From Armatimonadota bacterium (GTDB lineage Bacteria > Armatimonadota > UBA10988), in NCBI GenBank assembly GCA_016235455.1, contig JACRKZ010000148.1:1-37811 (forward strand): a DNA stretch of 37,811 bases, in the 5' to 3' direction. The stretch's first letter is position 1; each line of letters starts with the position of its first letter. The notes under the pieces were generated by a model, which saw nothing but the letters and a program-made list of their open reading frames with translations, did not search any database and was not told the origin of the DNA. This document shows, piece by piece, positions 27,201 to 35,199 of this stretch. A program made the position numbers and the translations under genes.

Positions 27201-29360
27201 CGCCTGCGGCGTGTTCCAGTTGGCCACCGTGAAGGTCCGCGTGGCGCCGGCGCCCACGGTCAGGTCGCCGTCTCCCGAGCCGAACGCGGTGGTGACCACG
27301 GTGTCGGCCTCGGGCTGCTCGGACAGCTTGACGTTGAACGTGCTGCTGCCGCCCTCGGTGACCGCGACGGCGGACGGCGTGGCGACGATGGACGCGCCCG
27401 AGCCGACGTAGAAGTCGTCGATGCTCCAGCCGCCGCGCTCGATGTCCTCGTCGCTGGCGCCCATGACGAAGCTGACAATGACCCGCGGCTGGCCGGCCGC
27501 GACGGCGGTCAGGTCAAACTCCTGCCTGGCCCAGGTGGGCGCTTCCAACGTGTCGCCCGAGTGCGTCCAGAGCGTCGTCCAGGTGACGCCGTCGGTGCTG
27601 ACCTCGATCTGGGCATGGTCGAAGACCGAGTCCTCGACGGTCAGCGCGCGCTGGAAGACCAGCTTGACCGTGGTCAGCGCCGAGCAGTCGATGGGCGGTG
27701 TCATGATGCGCGTTTCGGGCAGGTTCGGCTGGTAGTTGCCGCCGATGTTGTAGCCCAGCAGGTAGTTGTCCGAGGTGGGCGTGGTGTCGCTGGCCGGGTC
27801 GTAGCTGGTGCCCCGGGCCGGACCGCGCTCCCAGCCGTCGGCGGCGTAGCCGAGCCAGCCCTTGTCCGTCGAGAAGTCGTCGCGGAAGGGCGCGGGTACC
27901 GCTGCCGGCAGGACGCTGAAGGCGTTGCTGAAGGCGCTGCTGCGGCCAGTGGCCGAGGCCTGCAGCACGTAGCCCATGCCGGCGGTGGCGATGCTCAGAT
28001 CGTCGAATGTGGCCACGCCGCTCACCGCGCCGTGGGTCAAGGTGCCGGCCAGCGTGGCGCCGCCCGGATTGTTGCCGAAGCTGACCGTGACCGTGCCGTT
28101 GAAGCTGGTGTCGCGCACGCCGGTGGCGGTGAGTGCCTCCACCTTCACGGCCGGGGTGATGTTGGCGCCGCGCGTGGTGGTAGTCGGCTGCACGACGAAG
28201 TTGAGCCGCGGCGCTGCCGTCGGTCGGATGTTCCACACAACTGCCTGGAGCGTCGACCAGGTGTAGGCGCCGGTGGTGAACCCAGGCACCTGGTACCAGG
28301 CATCGTGGGAGCCGCTCCAGCCCATGTTCAGGTGGTAGCGGTAGTCGGCACCCTCGGTGGCCCACCCGTCGCACACAATCGAGTGGCCGCCGGCGGTGCT
28401 GTAGATCGACATCAGGCAGGGGTAGCCGCCGGTCAGGTCGGAGCGCAGCACGGTGCCCCAGTTGGCCTCCGAACTCGGCTTGTAGCTCGCCGACTCGTAG
28501 CCGAAATCGTCTTTTAGGGCCGTGACGGTCGCGCTCTGGTAGGCGCCTGACCAGCCCGAAGAGTACTGCATGCTGACCGAGATGCCGCAGGCCCAGGTCA
28601 GCTTGCCGATCTCCTGGCGTTGTGCGTCAGGGCTGGAATCGTCGATCGCGTCGGGCATCTGACCGTAGTTGAACGACCCGCTCCAACTCGCTGATCGCGG
28701 CACATCGTCGACGTAGATGGTGTTGCTGACCGAGGCGCTGGACGGATAGTGGTGGAAGCGCACGACCTGCGCCATGGCCGTGGCCACGCAGCCGCAGACG
28801 TAGTGGTTGGGCGTGTAGTAGTCGTAGGTGTAGGGCGCTGCCTCGTCGCCCTGGTCCCAGGTGCTCGTGAGTAGCGGGCCGGCGCCGATGGAAAGCCGCT
28901 CGGCGGGCGCGCTGAGCGCGCCGCTGGCCACCGCGCGCAGCGACGCCCATCGCCCGGGCGCCGTGCTGGGCATGGCGCCCGCCGCGCGAATGCGCGCGGG
29001 AATGTCGACCCGCAGCATGTCGGCCAGCGCGCTCGCGTTGCGGCCCTCGCGCTCGACGAACCGGCCGGTGCGGCTGTAGACCAGAATGGGTTCGACGGTG
29101 TCGTCGGCGGGCACCACCACGAACCCGGCCGGAGACAGATCGTAGACGTAGGCCAGACGCTGTCCGCCGGTGTCGGCGAACTCGCGGGGACCCGCGGGCA
29201 GATTGCCCGGCACGGCGGCGCGGTTGCTGGTCAACCAGGCCCGCGCCACGGCGGAAGCATCGTCGGGGCCGACCGGCGCCGCGGCCAACGGGCCGGCCGC
29301 CAGGGCGAAGAGGAACAGGAACGAACGCAAACCGATACGCACTAGACTACGGCGTGACAT
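24279..29360 (-). CDS. Secreted C10-family (streptopain/SpeB-like) cysteine protease with prodomain, Ig-like and jelly-roll domains and ten Calx-beta-like repeats (1693 aa)
   Basis: Signal peptide; prodomain GFVVVPADDTVEPILVYS; LLTSTWDQG (oxyanion Gln); CGCVATAMAQ (catalytic Cys); GGHSIVCDGW (His); YHLNMGWSG; ten repeats ending E-x-D-N/D-D. Confidence 0.92.
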   Translation of the reverse strand: MSRRSLVRIGLRSFLFLFALAAGPLAAAPVGPDDASAVARAWLTSNRAAVPGNLPAGPREFADTGGQRLAYVYDLSPAGFVVVPADDTVEPILVYSRTGRFVEREGRNASALADMLRVDIPARIRAAGAMPSTAPGRWASLRAVASGALSAPAERLSIGAGPLLTSTWDQGDEAAPYTYDYYTPNHYVCGCVATAMAQVVRFHHYPSSASVSNTIYVDDVPRSASWSGSFNYGQMPDAIDDSSPDAQRQEIGKLTWACGISVSMQYSSGWSGAYQSATVTALKDDFGYESASYKPSSEANWGTVLRSDLTGGYPCLMSIYSTAGGHSIVCDGWATEGADYRYHLNMGWSGSHDAWYQVPGFTTGAYTWSTLQAVVWNIRPTAAPRLNFVVQPTTTTRGANITPAVKVEALTATGVRDTSFNGTVTVSFGNNPGGATLAGTLTHGAVSGVATFDDLSIATAGMGYVLQASATGRSSAFSNAFSVLPAAVPAPFRDDFSTDKGWLGYAADGWERGPARGTSYDPASDTTPTSDNYLLGYNIGGNYQPNLPETRIMTPPIDCSALTTVKLVFQRALTVEDSVFDHAQIEVSTDGVTWTTLWTHSGDTLEAPTWARQEFDLTAVAAGQPRVIVSFVMGASDEDIERGGWSIDDFYVGSGASIVATPSAVAVTEGGSSTFNVKLSEQPEADTVVTTAFGSGDGDLTVGAGATRTFTVANWNTPQAVTINAAEDTDTADGAAVFNLSAPNCAGTTVTANERDNDVPRVLASVGTIDVPEGSSVAFDLTLSSRPASDVAVTVARASGDSDLAVAGGAALTFTATNWSAPQRVTVAAAQDADAVNGAAVIRASATGWEVADINANEVDDELRIVATPTSVSVPEDGTQTFTVRLAGAPAATTTVALSLTGDPDISISSATALSFTTGNWNAAQTVTVRAAEDADAIAGTATLRAAAAGWRPADVVATEVDNDLRLNVSPLSLSVGEGASRTFAVRLAGQPAADVVVATTRASGDVSLSPIAGGSLTFTSSNWNEPQTVTIGAAEDEDAADGSADIAVAAPGWTGAGVHAVCLDNDKRLVATPVAVAVPEGGTRTFALSLAGRPADSVPVYVGRLGGDSSLSVTAGANQLFSPENWNTPRLVTLSATEDIDAANGEAVFRAGATGWMSADVTATEVDNDLRIIATPTMVSVPEGGSRSLNVRLAGLPAGEVAVRVGYAHGDTSLQVTAGANLTFGPSNWNVAQTVTIGAQQDADVANGEAIFRAAATSWLPADVAVTEVDDDLRLVASADSLLVPEGGTRPLRLSLGGQPTSDVVVTVARVSGDTDLRASATLVFTPADWYRARVVTVSAVDDVDAINGTATLRISAVGWTSSEVQVTEVDNDGALRFSASTVAVHENGTSTVGVSLAGQPGANVTVAVARASGDTDLRGSTSLTFTPSNWNVAQRVTIAAVHDIDALAGQAVFQASAVGWSTALVTATEVDDDARVLATPNTLRVAEGASRTFTVQLAGRPGATTFVNVGRLAGDSSLRVLSGASLAFSPADWNRPQTVTVAASEDDDVLDSVAHFSASSPGWQAAAVTATEEDNDRCVMAFPVLVAVPEGRSRSIAVRLGGPPASAVTVNVSKVSGDADLQLSGSTILTFTSTNWFAPQYVTVAAAADADRVNGSALFRGYAEGWQPVDIVVTEIDGPSSLPSAPPPPGS

Positions 29361-29408
29361 AGAATCGCCCCCCTTTGACAACGTGACCGTCGATGACTCC
29401 ACAACACC

Positions 29409-29437
29409 AGTGTACCCAGCCCATCCGTCTCATGCAA
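29409..29437 (-). promoter_or_regulatory. Putative promoter for the C10 protease gene
   Basis: Minus strand TTGCAT-17 nt-TACACT. Confidence 0.5.
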
Positions 29438-29506
29438 GTGGATATCGTCGCGGCAGGGTCAACTCGTTCCCGGACGGCCCGTGGATTCATGGCGGAACAG
29501 CGGCGC

Positions 29507-29536
29507 TTGACGCCGTGGCCGCGACACGGGTAGCAT
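29507..29536 (+). promoter_or_regulatory. Putative divergent promoter for the 29577 gene
   Basis: TTGACG-18 nt-TAGCAT, 40 nt before the ATG. Confidence 0.5.
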
Positions 29537-29576
29537 CGGCCCCGCCGGCCGCTCCTGGCGCCGCCGCGAGACGCCC

Positions 29577-31352
29577 ATGCATCGCAACCGACTGACCTTG
29601 CTCGTCCCCCTGCTCATCGTCGCCGCCGCCCCGGCCGCCCCCAGGGCGCCGCGGCTGAACGACCAGGTGACCAACCTGCTGGCGACCGCGCGGCTCTCGG
29701 GCAATCTGGACAGCTTCGGCCGGGGCTTGCGTGGGGCCGCCGACGAGGTGATCTACGACCCCCGGCGCGGCGACTTCGCGCGGCCCAGCCAGTACCACGA
29801 GTACGGCGTGGGCTTCGGCCAGGATCTGGGCGTGGTGCCCGCCGACAAGGCCGCCTGGTGGCAGGCCGAATGGCCCGCGCGCGTGGCGGTCAATCTGATC
29901 ATGCTCAGCGGCGTCTACCCCAACCAGCCCCAACCCGCCACGGCTTGGAAGATCGAGGTCCGCCGCGACGGCGCATGGACCACGCACGAGCAGGGCGTCG
30001 GCGGCTGGTACGATAGCGGGCTGTATGTCTGGGGTGGCGTTGACACGGCGCCGATGGACATCGACGGGCTGCGCGTGAGCCTGTTCAGCCGTGATGACGA
30101 GACGCCACTGCGCAGCATCCACTTCCGCGGCGAGCCGGGCCGCTCGTGGCTGGCCGCGCGCGTCGACACGACCATCTTGCCACCGCCGCCGACCTTCGAG
30201 GCGCTGATCGCGCCGCTCGGCGCGCCGGTGCGGCCGGGCCAGGCCGTGGCCTTCAATGGTGGCGCCGCGCTGGCCAAGGGTGAATACACCTGGGACTTCG
30301 GCGACGGCGCGTCCGGCCGCGGACAGAGCATTCGGCACCGCTTCGAGCGACCCGGCATCTACCGCGTGGCGTTGACCGTGAGCGACGGCCGGGCCAAGTC
30401 GACGGGGCTGATGCTGGTGCGCGTGCACACGGCCGAGACGCTGGATGTGCCGCAGGTGGTGCTCGACACCGACCAGAAGAACGAGCAGGACGACCAGCAC
30501 TACCTGGGCTACGCGGTGTTCAGCGAGCTCGATGTGCTCGCGGTCAACAGCATCCACCACGGCGGCGGCCAGGAGCCCATCAACTACGCCGAGATCCAGC
30601 ATGTGCTGGACCTGGCCAGACAGAGCGGGTTGCCCGCGGCGCGGGTGCCGTTGCTCTTCCACGGCGCCGACCGTCGGCTGCAGCCGCCCGTGAGCGGTCT
30701 TTGGCAGGATACGGAGCCCGAGCCCTCGGAGGCCAGCGAGGCCATTCTGGCCGCCGTGCGCGGCGCTGCACCGGGCCATGCGGTGTGGGTCGTGCCCGTC
30801 GGGCCGGGCACCAACGTCGCCTCGGCCATCCTGCTGGCCCGCGCGCAGAAACTCGACCTGCGCGGCCGGCTGCGCATCATGTGGCTGGGCGGCTCCGACC
30901 ACGCGGTCACCGGAGAGTTCAACGGCGACAACGACCCCTGGTCGCTGTACGTCATCGCCCAGAGCGGCGTGGAAACCTGGATCCTGCCCGCGCCGGTGGG
31001 CGCGCGCGTGGCCATCGACAAGCGCACCCAGGGCGATCTCTACGCCGACAACCCGCTCGGCGCGTACCTCAAGTCCATCGTCCCGGCGGCCAACAAACCG
31101 CTGTTCGACCCCGCCTGCCTGTCGGCGATCATCAGCGAGCGCCTGGGGCTGGGCTGGGTCAAGGCGACCGAGTTCGTCGATGTGGCCGGGCCGGACAAGG
31201 GCTATCGGTGGACGCCGAGCGCCAAGCCGGGCGCGGTGCGCGTCATCCGCGAGATCCAGCAGTTGGCCATGCGCGACGACATCTTCGCCACAATGAAGGG
31301 GCGCGGGCAGCGCCTGGTCGGCGCGCCCATCGCCAGAGCCGGGGCCCGCTGA
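29577..31352 (+). CDS. Secreted multidomain protein: N-terminal beta-sandwich, PKD domain, nucleoside-hydrolase-like domain
   Basis: Signal peptide; PKD motif YTWDFGDG...HRFERPGIYRVALTVSDG; nucleoside-hydrolase-like VVLDTDQKNEQDDQ, VGPGTNVASAIL, MWLGG, EFN, PLFD. Confidence 0.8.
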   Translation: MHRNRLTLLVPLLIVAAAPAAPRAPRLNDQVTNLLATARLSGNLDSFGRGLRGAADEVIYDPRRGDFARPSQYHEYGVGFGQDLGVVPADKAAWWQAEWPARVAVNLIMLSGVYPNQPQPATAWKIEVRRDGAWTTHEQGVGGWYDSGLYVWGGVDTAPMDIDGLRVSLFSRDDETPLRSIHFRGEPGRSWLAARVDTTILPPPPTFEALIAPLGAPVRPGQAVAFNGGAALAKGEYTWDFGDGASGRGQSIRHRFERPGIYRVALTVSDGRAKSTGLMLVRVHTAETLDVPQVVLDTDQKNEQDDQHYLGYAVFSELDVLAVNSIHHGGGQEPINYAEIQHVLDLARQSGLPAARVPLLFHGADRRLQPPVSGLWQDTEPEPSEASEAILAAVRGAAPGHAVWVVPVGPGTNVASAILLARAQKLDLRGRLRIMWLGGSDHAVTGEFNGDNDPWSLYVIAQSGVETWILPAPVGARVAIDKRTQGDLYADNPLGAYLKSIVPAANKPLFDPACLSAIISERLGLGWVKATEFVDVAGPDKGYRWTPSAKPGAVRVIREIQQLAMRDDIFATMKGRGQRLVGAPIARAGAR

Positions 31353-31719
31353 CACGCCACTTCGCGGGCGAGCCGTCTGATGGGCAGCACAGGTTGGTTG
31401 TCCCGCCTTCAGGCGGATTGCCAATACCTCGGCCGAGGCTCCCCAGCCTCGTCGCCGGCCGGGGAGCGACTCTGGCTCTGCCTTCACATGGGGGCCACGA
31501 GGCCGATCTGCATGGGCGACGCTTCGGCCGCTTGCCCTCCGGTTGGCGGCCGGGCCGGCCGAGTGGGTACGTGGTCGATCGGCGCTGGTCGCACCACGGG
31601 CATCGGACACCAGGGCCGCACCTCCTTGGCCGTGCTGGCCAGCCAGGTCGGCTGCGGCTCCTCCGCAGGACTCCGCGTCACGCCGCCGAACAACCGGGCA
31701 AGAGAGGCCAGGTAGAACC

Positions 31720-33006
31720 ATGCGCTCCACACTCGCCACGCTGACGCTGGTCGGCTGCGCGCTGCATGCCGCGGCGGCGGTCGGACCAAACGACGTGCTG
31801 ACGTTGAAGGACGGACGCTTCCAGCTCGGCGGCCGGCCGTTCGCCGAGATCAGCTTCAACAAGTTCGACCTGCTATGGCAGCTCTATGACCAGGTCGCCG
31901 CCGGCAAGGCGCTGGACGAGGCCAACCCCATGGTCGTCGCGCAGGAGAAGGCGCTGCGTGACCTGCACGACATGGGGTTCCGCACCATTCGCATTTTCGC
32001 GCTGCCGTGGGGACCCTCCGGGCCGGCGTCGTATGCCGATCCGGCCAGGCGCGTGCATCTCTATGCCGCGCTCGACAAGGTGGTCGAACTGTGTGAGAAA
32101 CATCAGATCGGCCTGATCTGGAGCCTCGGCGCGGCGACGTTCACCGACACGAGGCTGGAGGGCAAGTGGATCTACGGCGAGGAGCAGCAGCGCGAACTGG
32201 TGGCCAACCCCGACTCCCGCGGGCGGAAGCTGCTGTATCAGTACATCGATGAGACCGTGGCGCGGTACCGCGACCGCAAGGCCGTGCTGATGTGGGAGAT
32301 CTCCAACGAGGTCACGCTCGCGGCCGATATCGGCGACGACAAGAAGGTGTTCGACGGCCAGCGCATGCCCACGCTGGGCGACGTGGCCCGGTTCTTCGAC
32401 GAGGTGGCCCAGCGCATCAAGGCGGCCGACCCGCTGCGCCTGGTGAACAGCGGTGGCTCGAACATGCGCGAGCACCAGTGGCACCTGTGGCAGAACAAGG
32501 GCTGGGTGCTGGACACCTTCGAGGACCAGTTCAAGTGCTTCGAGCTGCTGTATGCCAAGTCAGCGGTGGATGTCATCGACATCCACTCGTACCCCAACAA
32601 CAAGCCCGGCTACACGCTGGCCGCCGCCGCGGGCCAGCCGTCACTGCTGGATGACAAGGGTTACATGGCCATCGCGGCGCGGGTGGGCAAGCCGCTGATG
32701 ATCGGTGAGCTCGGCCTGCACGCGCGGCCGCGGTCGGACACCAAGGTGTGGGGCGAGACGCCGAACTACTTCGAGAGCTACGCCGATGCCGCGGCGGCCA
32801 GGCCGTGGGTGGAGCGCACGCTGGCCGATGTGGTGGAGGCCGGCGTGCAACTGAGCCACTGGTGGACCTATCAGTCCGACCGGCCGCAGGACCAGAGCGA
32901 TGCCCAGCGCTTCGACCTGACCCGCGAGCGCAACCCGGAGCTGCTGGCGACCATCGTCGCCGCCAATGTGCGGCTCAAGGCCAAGCTGGGCATCACCGCG
33001 CCGTAG
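31720..33006 (+). CDS. Secreted clan GH-A glycoside hydrolase (GH5-like, possibly mannanase/cellulase)
   Basis: Signal peptide from ATG 31720; GFRTIRIF; acid/base motif MWEISNE; IDIHSY; nucleophile motif KPLMIGELG. Confidence 0.82.
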   Translation: MRSTLATLTLVGCALHAAAAVGPNDVLTLKDGRFQLGGRPFAEISFNKFDLLWQLYDQVAAGKALDEANPMVVAQEKALRDLHDMGFRTIRIFALPWGPSGPASYADPARRVHLYAALDKVVELCEKHQIGLIWSLGAATFTDTRLEGKWIYGEEQQRELVANPDSRGRKLLYQYIDETVARYRDRKAVLMWEISNEVTLAADIGDDKKVFDGQRMPTLGDVARFFDEVAQRIKAADPLRLVNSGGSNMREHQWHLWQNKGWVLDTFEDQFKCFELLYAKSAVDVIDIHSYPNNKPGYTLAAAAGQPSLLDDKGYMAIAARVGKPLMIGELGLHARPRSDTKVWGETPNYFESYADAAAARPWVERTLADVVEAGVQLSHWWTYQSDRPQDQSDAQRFDLTRERNPELLATIVAANVRLKAKLGITAP

Positions 33007-33022
33007 TGCGAGGAGAGGCACC

Positions 33023-33439
33023 ATGGGTAGCAATGTCGAGCACGCCAACCTGTCGGTGCGTGACGTGGACGCCTCGGTGCGCTTCCTGCTCGCCGCCATG
33101 CCCGACTTCGTGGTGCGCCATGACAGCGGGCCTGGGCCGGGCCGTTGGGTGCATCTGGGTAACGACGCGACGTACATTGCGCTCAACGCCATGGATGAGC
33201 CGGGCGACGCGCTGTTCGCCCACTGCCGGCCCGGCCTCAACCACATCGGGTTCGTGGTCGACGACGCCGACGCCCTGCGCGAGCGGATGCTGGCCGCCGG
33301 CTACGCCGAAGGCTACCAGCCCGCGCAGCATCCGCAGCGCACGCGTGTCTACTTCGTTGATGGCGACGGCATCGAATGGGAGTTCGTATCGTATCTGCCT
33401 GGTGGTCCGGCGCTGCGCAACGACTACAGCGCCGGTTAG
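33023..33439 (+). CDS. VOC/glyoxalase family protein
   Basis: RBS GAGGAG; VEHANLSVRD, GLNHIGFVVDD, RVYFVDGDGIEWEFVSY. Confidence 0.9.
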   Translation: MGSNVEHANLSVRDVDASVRFLLAAMPDFVVRHDSGPGPGRWVHLGNDATYIALNAMDEPGDALFAHCRPGLNHIGFVVDDADALRERMLAAGYAEGYQPAQHPQRTRVYFVDGDGIEWEFVSYLPGGPALRNDYSAG

Positions 33440-35199
33440 GCAGAGGCACCGGGATCGGCTGCCGCGCCGAGCTCGGGGCAGCGCGTGGCCAGCAGATGGC
33501 GTAGCGCGGTGAGGGTGTAGGGCTTCTGCAACACGCCCACCAGGCTCAGTTCCGCGAAGCGGTCACCCAGCTCCACGGCGCTGTAGCCGCTGGCCAGCAC
33601 CGCGCGGACATTGGGGTTCACCGCGCGCATCTGGCTCAGCGCCTCGGTGCCGCTGAGGTGGGGCATGGTCAGGTCAAGCACCACCAGAGCGATCTCGCTG
33701 GGCATGTCGCGGTAGCGCCGCACAGCCTCGGCGCCGTCGGCCACGACGATGACCTGGAAGCCCAGCCGGCTGAGCATGCGCGACGCCAGAGCCCGGACCG
33801 CGTCCTCGTCCTCGGCCAGCAGGACGGTGCCGGTGCCGCGCCAAGCGGCGTCCGACGCGGACTGGCCTTCCGCCGCGTGCTGGACACCGTCCGAGGCCGG
33901 CAAGTAGACGGCGAATGTCGAGCCGTGGCCGGGCTCGCTCTGCAGGCGGATGGCGCCACCGTGCGCTCTGATGATGCCCACCACCGCGGCCAGCCCCAGT
34001 CCTCGACCGGTGAACTTGGTGGTGTAGAACGGCTCGAACACCCTGGCCAACGTGGCACTGTCCATGCCACAGCCGCTGTCGGTGACCTGCATGGCCACAT
34101 ACTGGCCGGCCGGCAGCTCGTTGCTCAGCGCCGTGGCGCGTAGAAACGCGCTGTCGCATTTGCCGGCGCTAACCGTCACGTCGATGGTGCCAGGCAGGTC
34201 GCCCAACGCCTCGGAGGCGTTGAGGATGAGGTTCATGACCACCTGGCGCAGCTGCGTCGGGTCGGCCAGCACAGTGGGCAGGTCGGGCGCCACGCTGAGC
34301 CGCAGGTCGGCCTTCTTGCTGATGGTCGTGCCCAGCAACTGCGTCATCTGCTCGATGAGCTGGCCCAGGTCGACCTGCTCGGAAGTGAAGGACGCCCGGC
34401 CCGAGTAGGCCAGCATCTGGCGGCACAACTCGCTGCCCTGCCTCACGGCGACCATGATCTGCACGATGTCCGAGCGTGTCGGCGACAGCAGCGCGGCCTG
34501 CTCCAGGGCGAACTCAGCGTGACCCAGGATAACCATCAGGATGTTGTTGAAGTCATGGGCGATGCCGCCCGCCAACACGCCCAGGCTTTCCAGCCGTTGG
34601 GTCTGCTGGAGCTTCTGCTCCAGGTCGGCGCGCTCTTGCGCGGCCCGCTTGGATTCGGTGATATCGCTCAGCGTCGCGCGGATCGTCGTGGCGCCGTCGG
34701 CGGCCGTGGCCAGGCTGGCATCCAGCCGCACCCAGACCGGCGGCTTGGCGTCGCGGCACAGCCGCAGCTCGCAGGGGTGTACGGCGGCAGCGTCCAGGAG
34801 GCGGCGGCGATACAGGTAGTAGACGTCCTGATCGTCGGGCAGCAGGTAGCGCGAGAATGGCTGGGAGACCAGCGCCCCCCGCGGCACACCGAGCATCGCG
34901 GCCGCGGTCAGGTTGGCCTCCTCGATGAGCCCGGCCTCGCTGGTGGTCAGGTAACCCACGGGCGCCAGGTCGTAGAGGTCGAAGTACCGTGCCTGGGAGG
35001 CGGCCAGCTCCAGCTGTGCTCGCCGCAATTCCTCGTTCTGCGTCTCGAGTTCGATCTGGTGGACGCGCAGTTCGTGGAGCACCCGTTGCGCATCCTTGAC
35101 CGAGGTCGGCGCGTCCATGCCTGGTGTTGATGCCGCCAACGCCTCGGCGCGGCGCCGCAGGTCGGAGCCGGGATCGGGACTGGTGTGGTCACTGCTCAT
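33436..35199 (-). CDS. Cytoplasmic PAS-domain hybrid histidine kinase/response regulator
   Basis: ATG 35199 after GGAGG; LHELRVHQIELETQNEELR coiled coil, PAS domain, AHDFNNIL, GRGLGLA, receiver LLAEDE/LDLTMP/KPY. Confidence 0.92.
   Translation of the reverse strand: MSSDHTSPDPGSDLRRRAEALAASTPGMDAPTSVKDAQRVLHELRVHQIELETQNEELRRAQLELAASQARYFDLYDLAPVGYLTTSEAGLIEEANLTAAAMLGVPRGALVSQPFSRYLLPDDQDVYYLYRRRLLDAAAVHPCELRLCRDAKPPVWVRLDASLATAADGATTIRATLSDITESKRAAQERADLEQKLQQTQRLESLGVLAGGIAHDFNNILMVILGHAEFALEQAALLSPTRSDIVQIMVAVRQGSELCRQMLAYSGRASFTSEQVDLGQLIEQMTQLLGTTISKKADLRLSVAPDLPTVLADPTQLRQVVMNLILNASEALGDLPGTIDVTVSAGKCDSAFLRATALSNELPAGQYVAMQVTDSGCGMDSATLARVFEPFYTTKFTGRGLGLAAVVGIIRAHGGAIRLQSEPGHGSTFAVYLPASDGVQHAAEGQSASDAAWRGTGTVLLAEDEDAVRALASRMLSRLGFQVIVVADGAEAVRRYRDMPSEIALVVLDLTMPHLSGTEALSQMRAVNPNVRAVLASGYSAVELGDRFAELSLVGVLQKPYTLTALRHLLATRCPELGAAADPGASA

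Noticed and set aside
20551-27411. Long Thr/Ala/Ser-rich plus-strand ORFs (20551-22392, 24394-25662, 26413-27411)
   Set aside because: In-register antisense readings of the repeat-protein genes.
31380-31715. 111-aa Cys/Gly-containing intergenic ORF as a second peptide precursor
   Set aside because: No RBS, atypical codon usage, no leader motif, and it overlaps palindromic DNA.
29487-31862. 791-aa minus-strand ORF
   Set aside because: Shadow of the PKD/nucleoside-hydrolase gene; no family signal.
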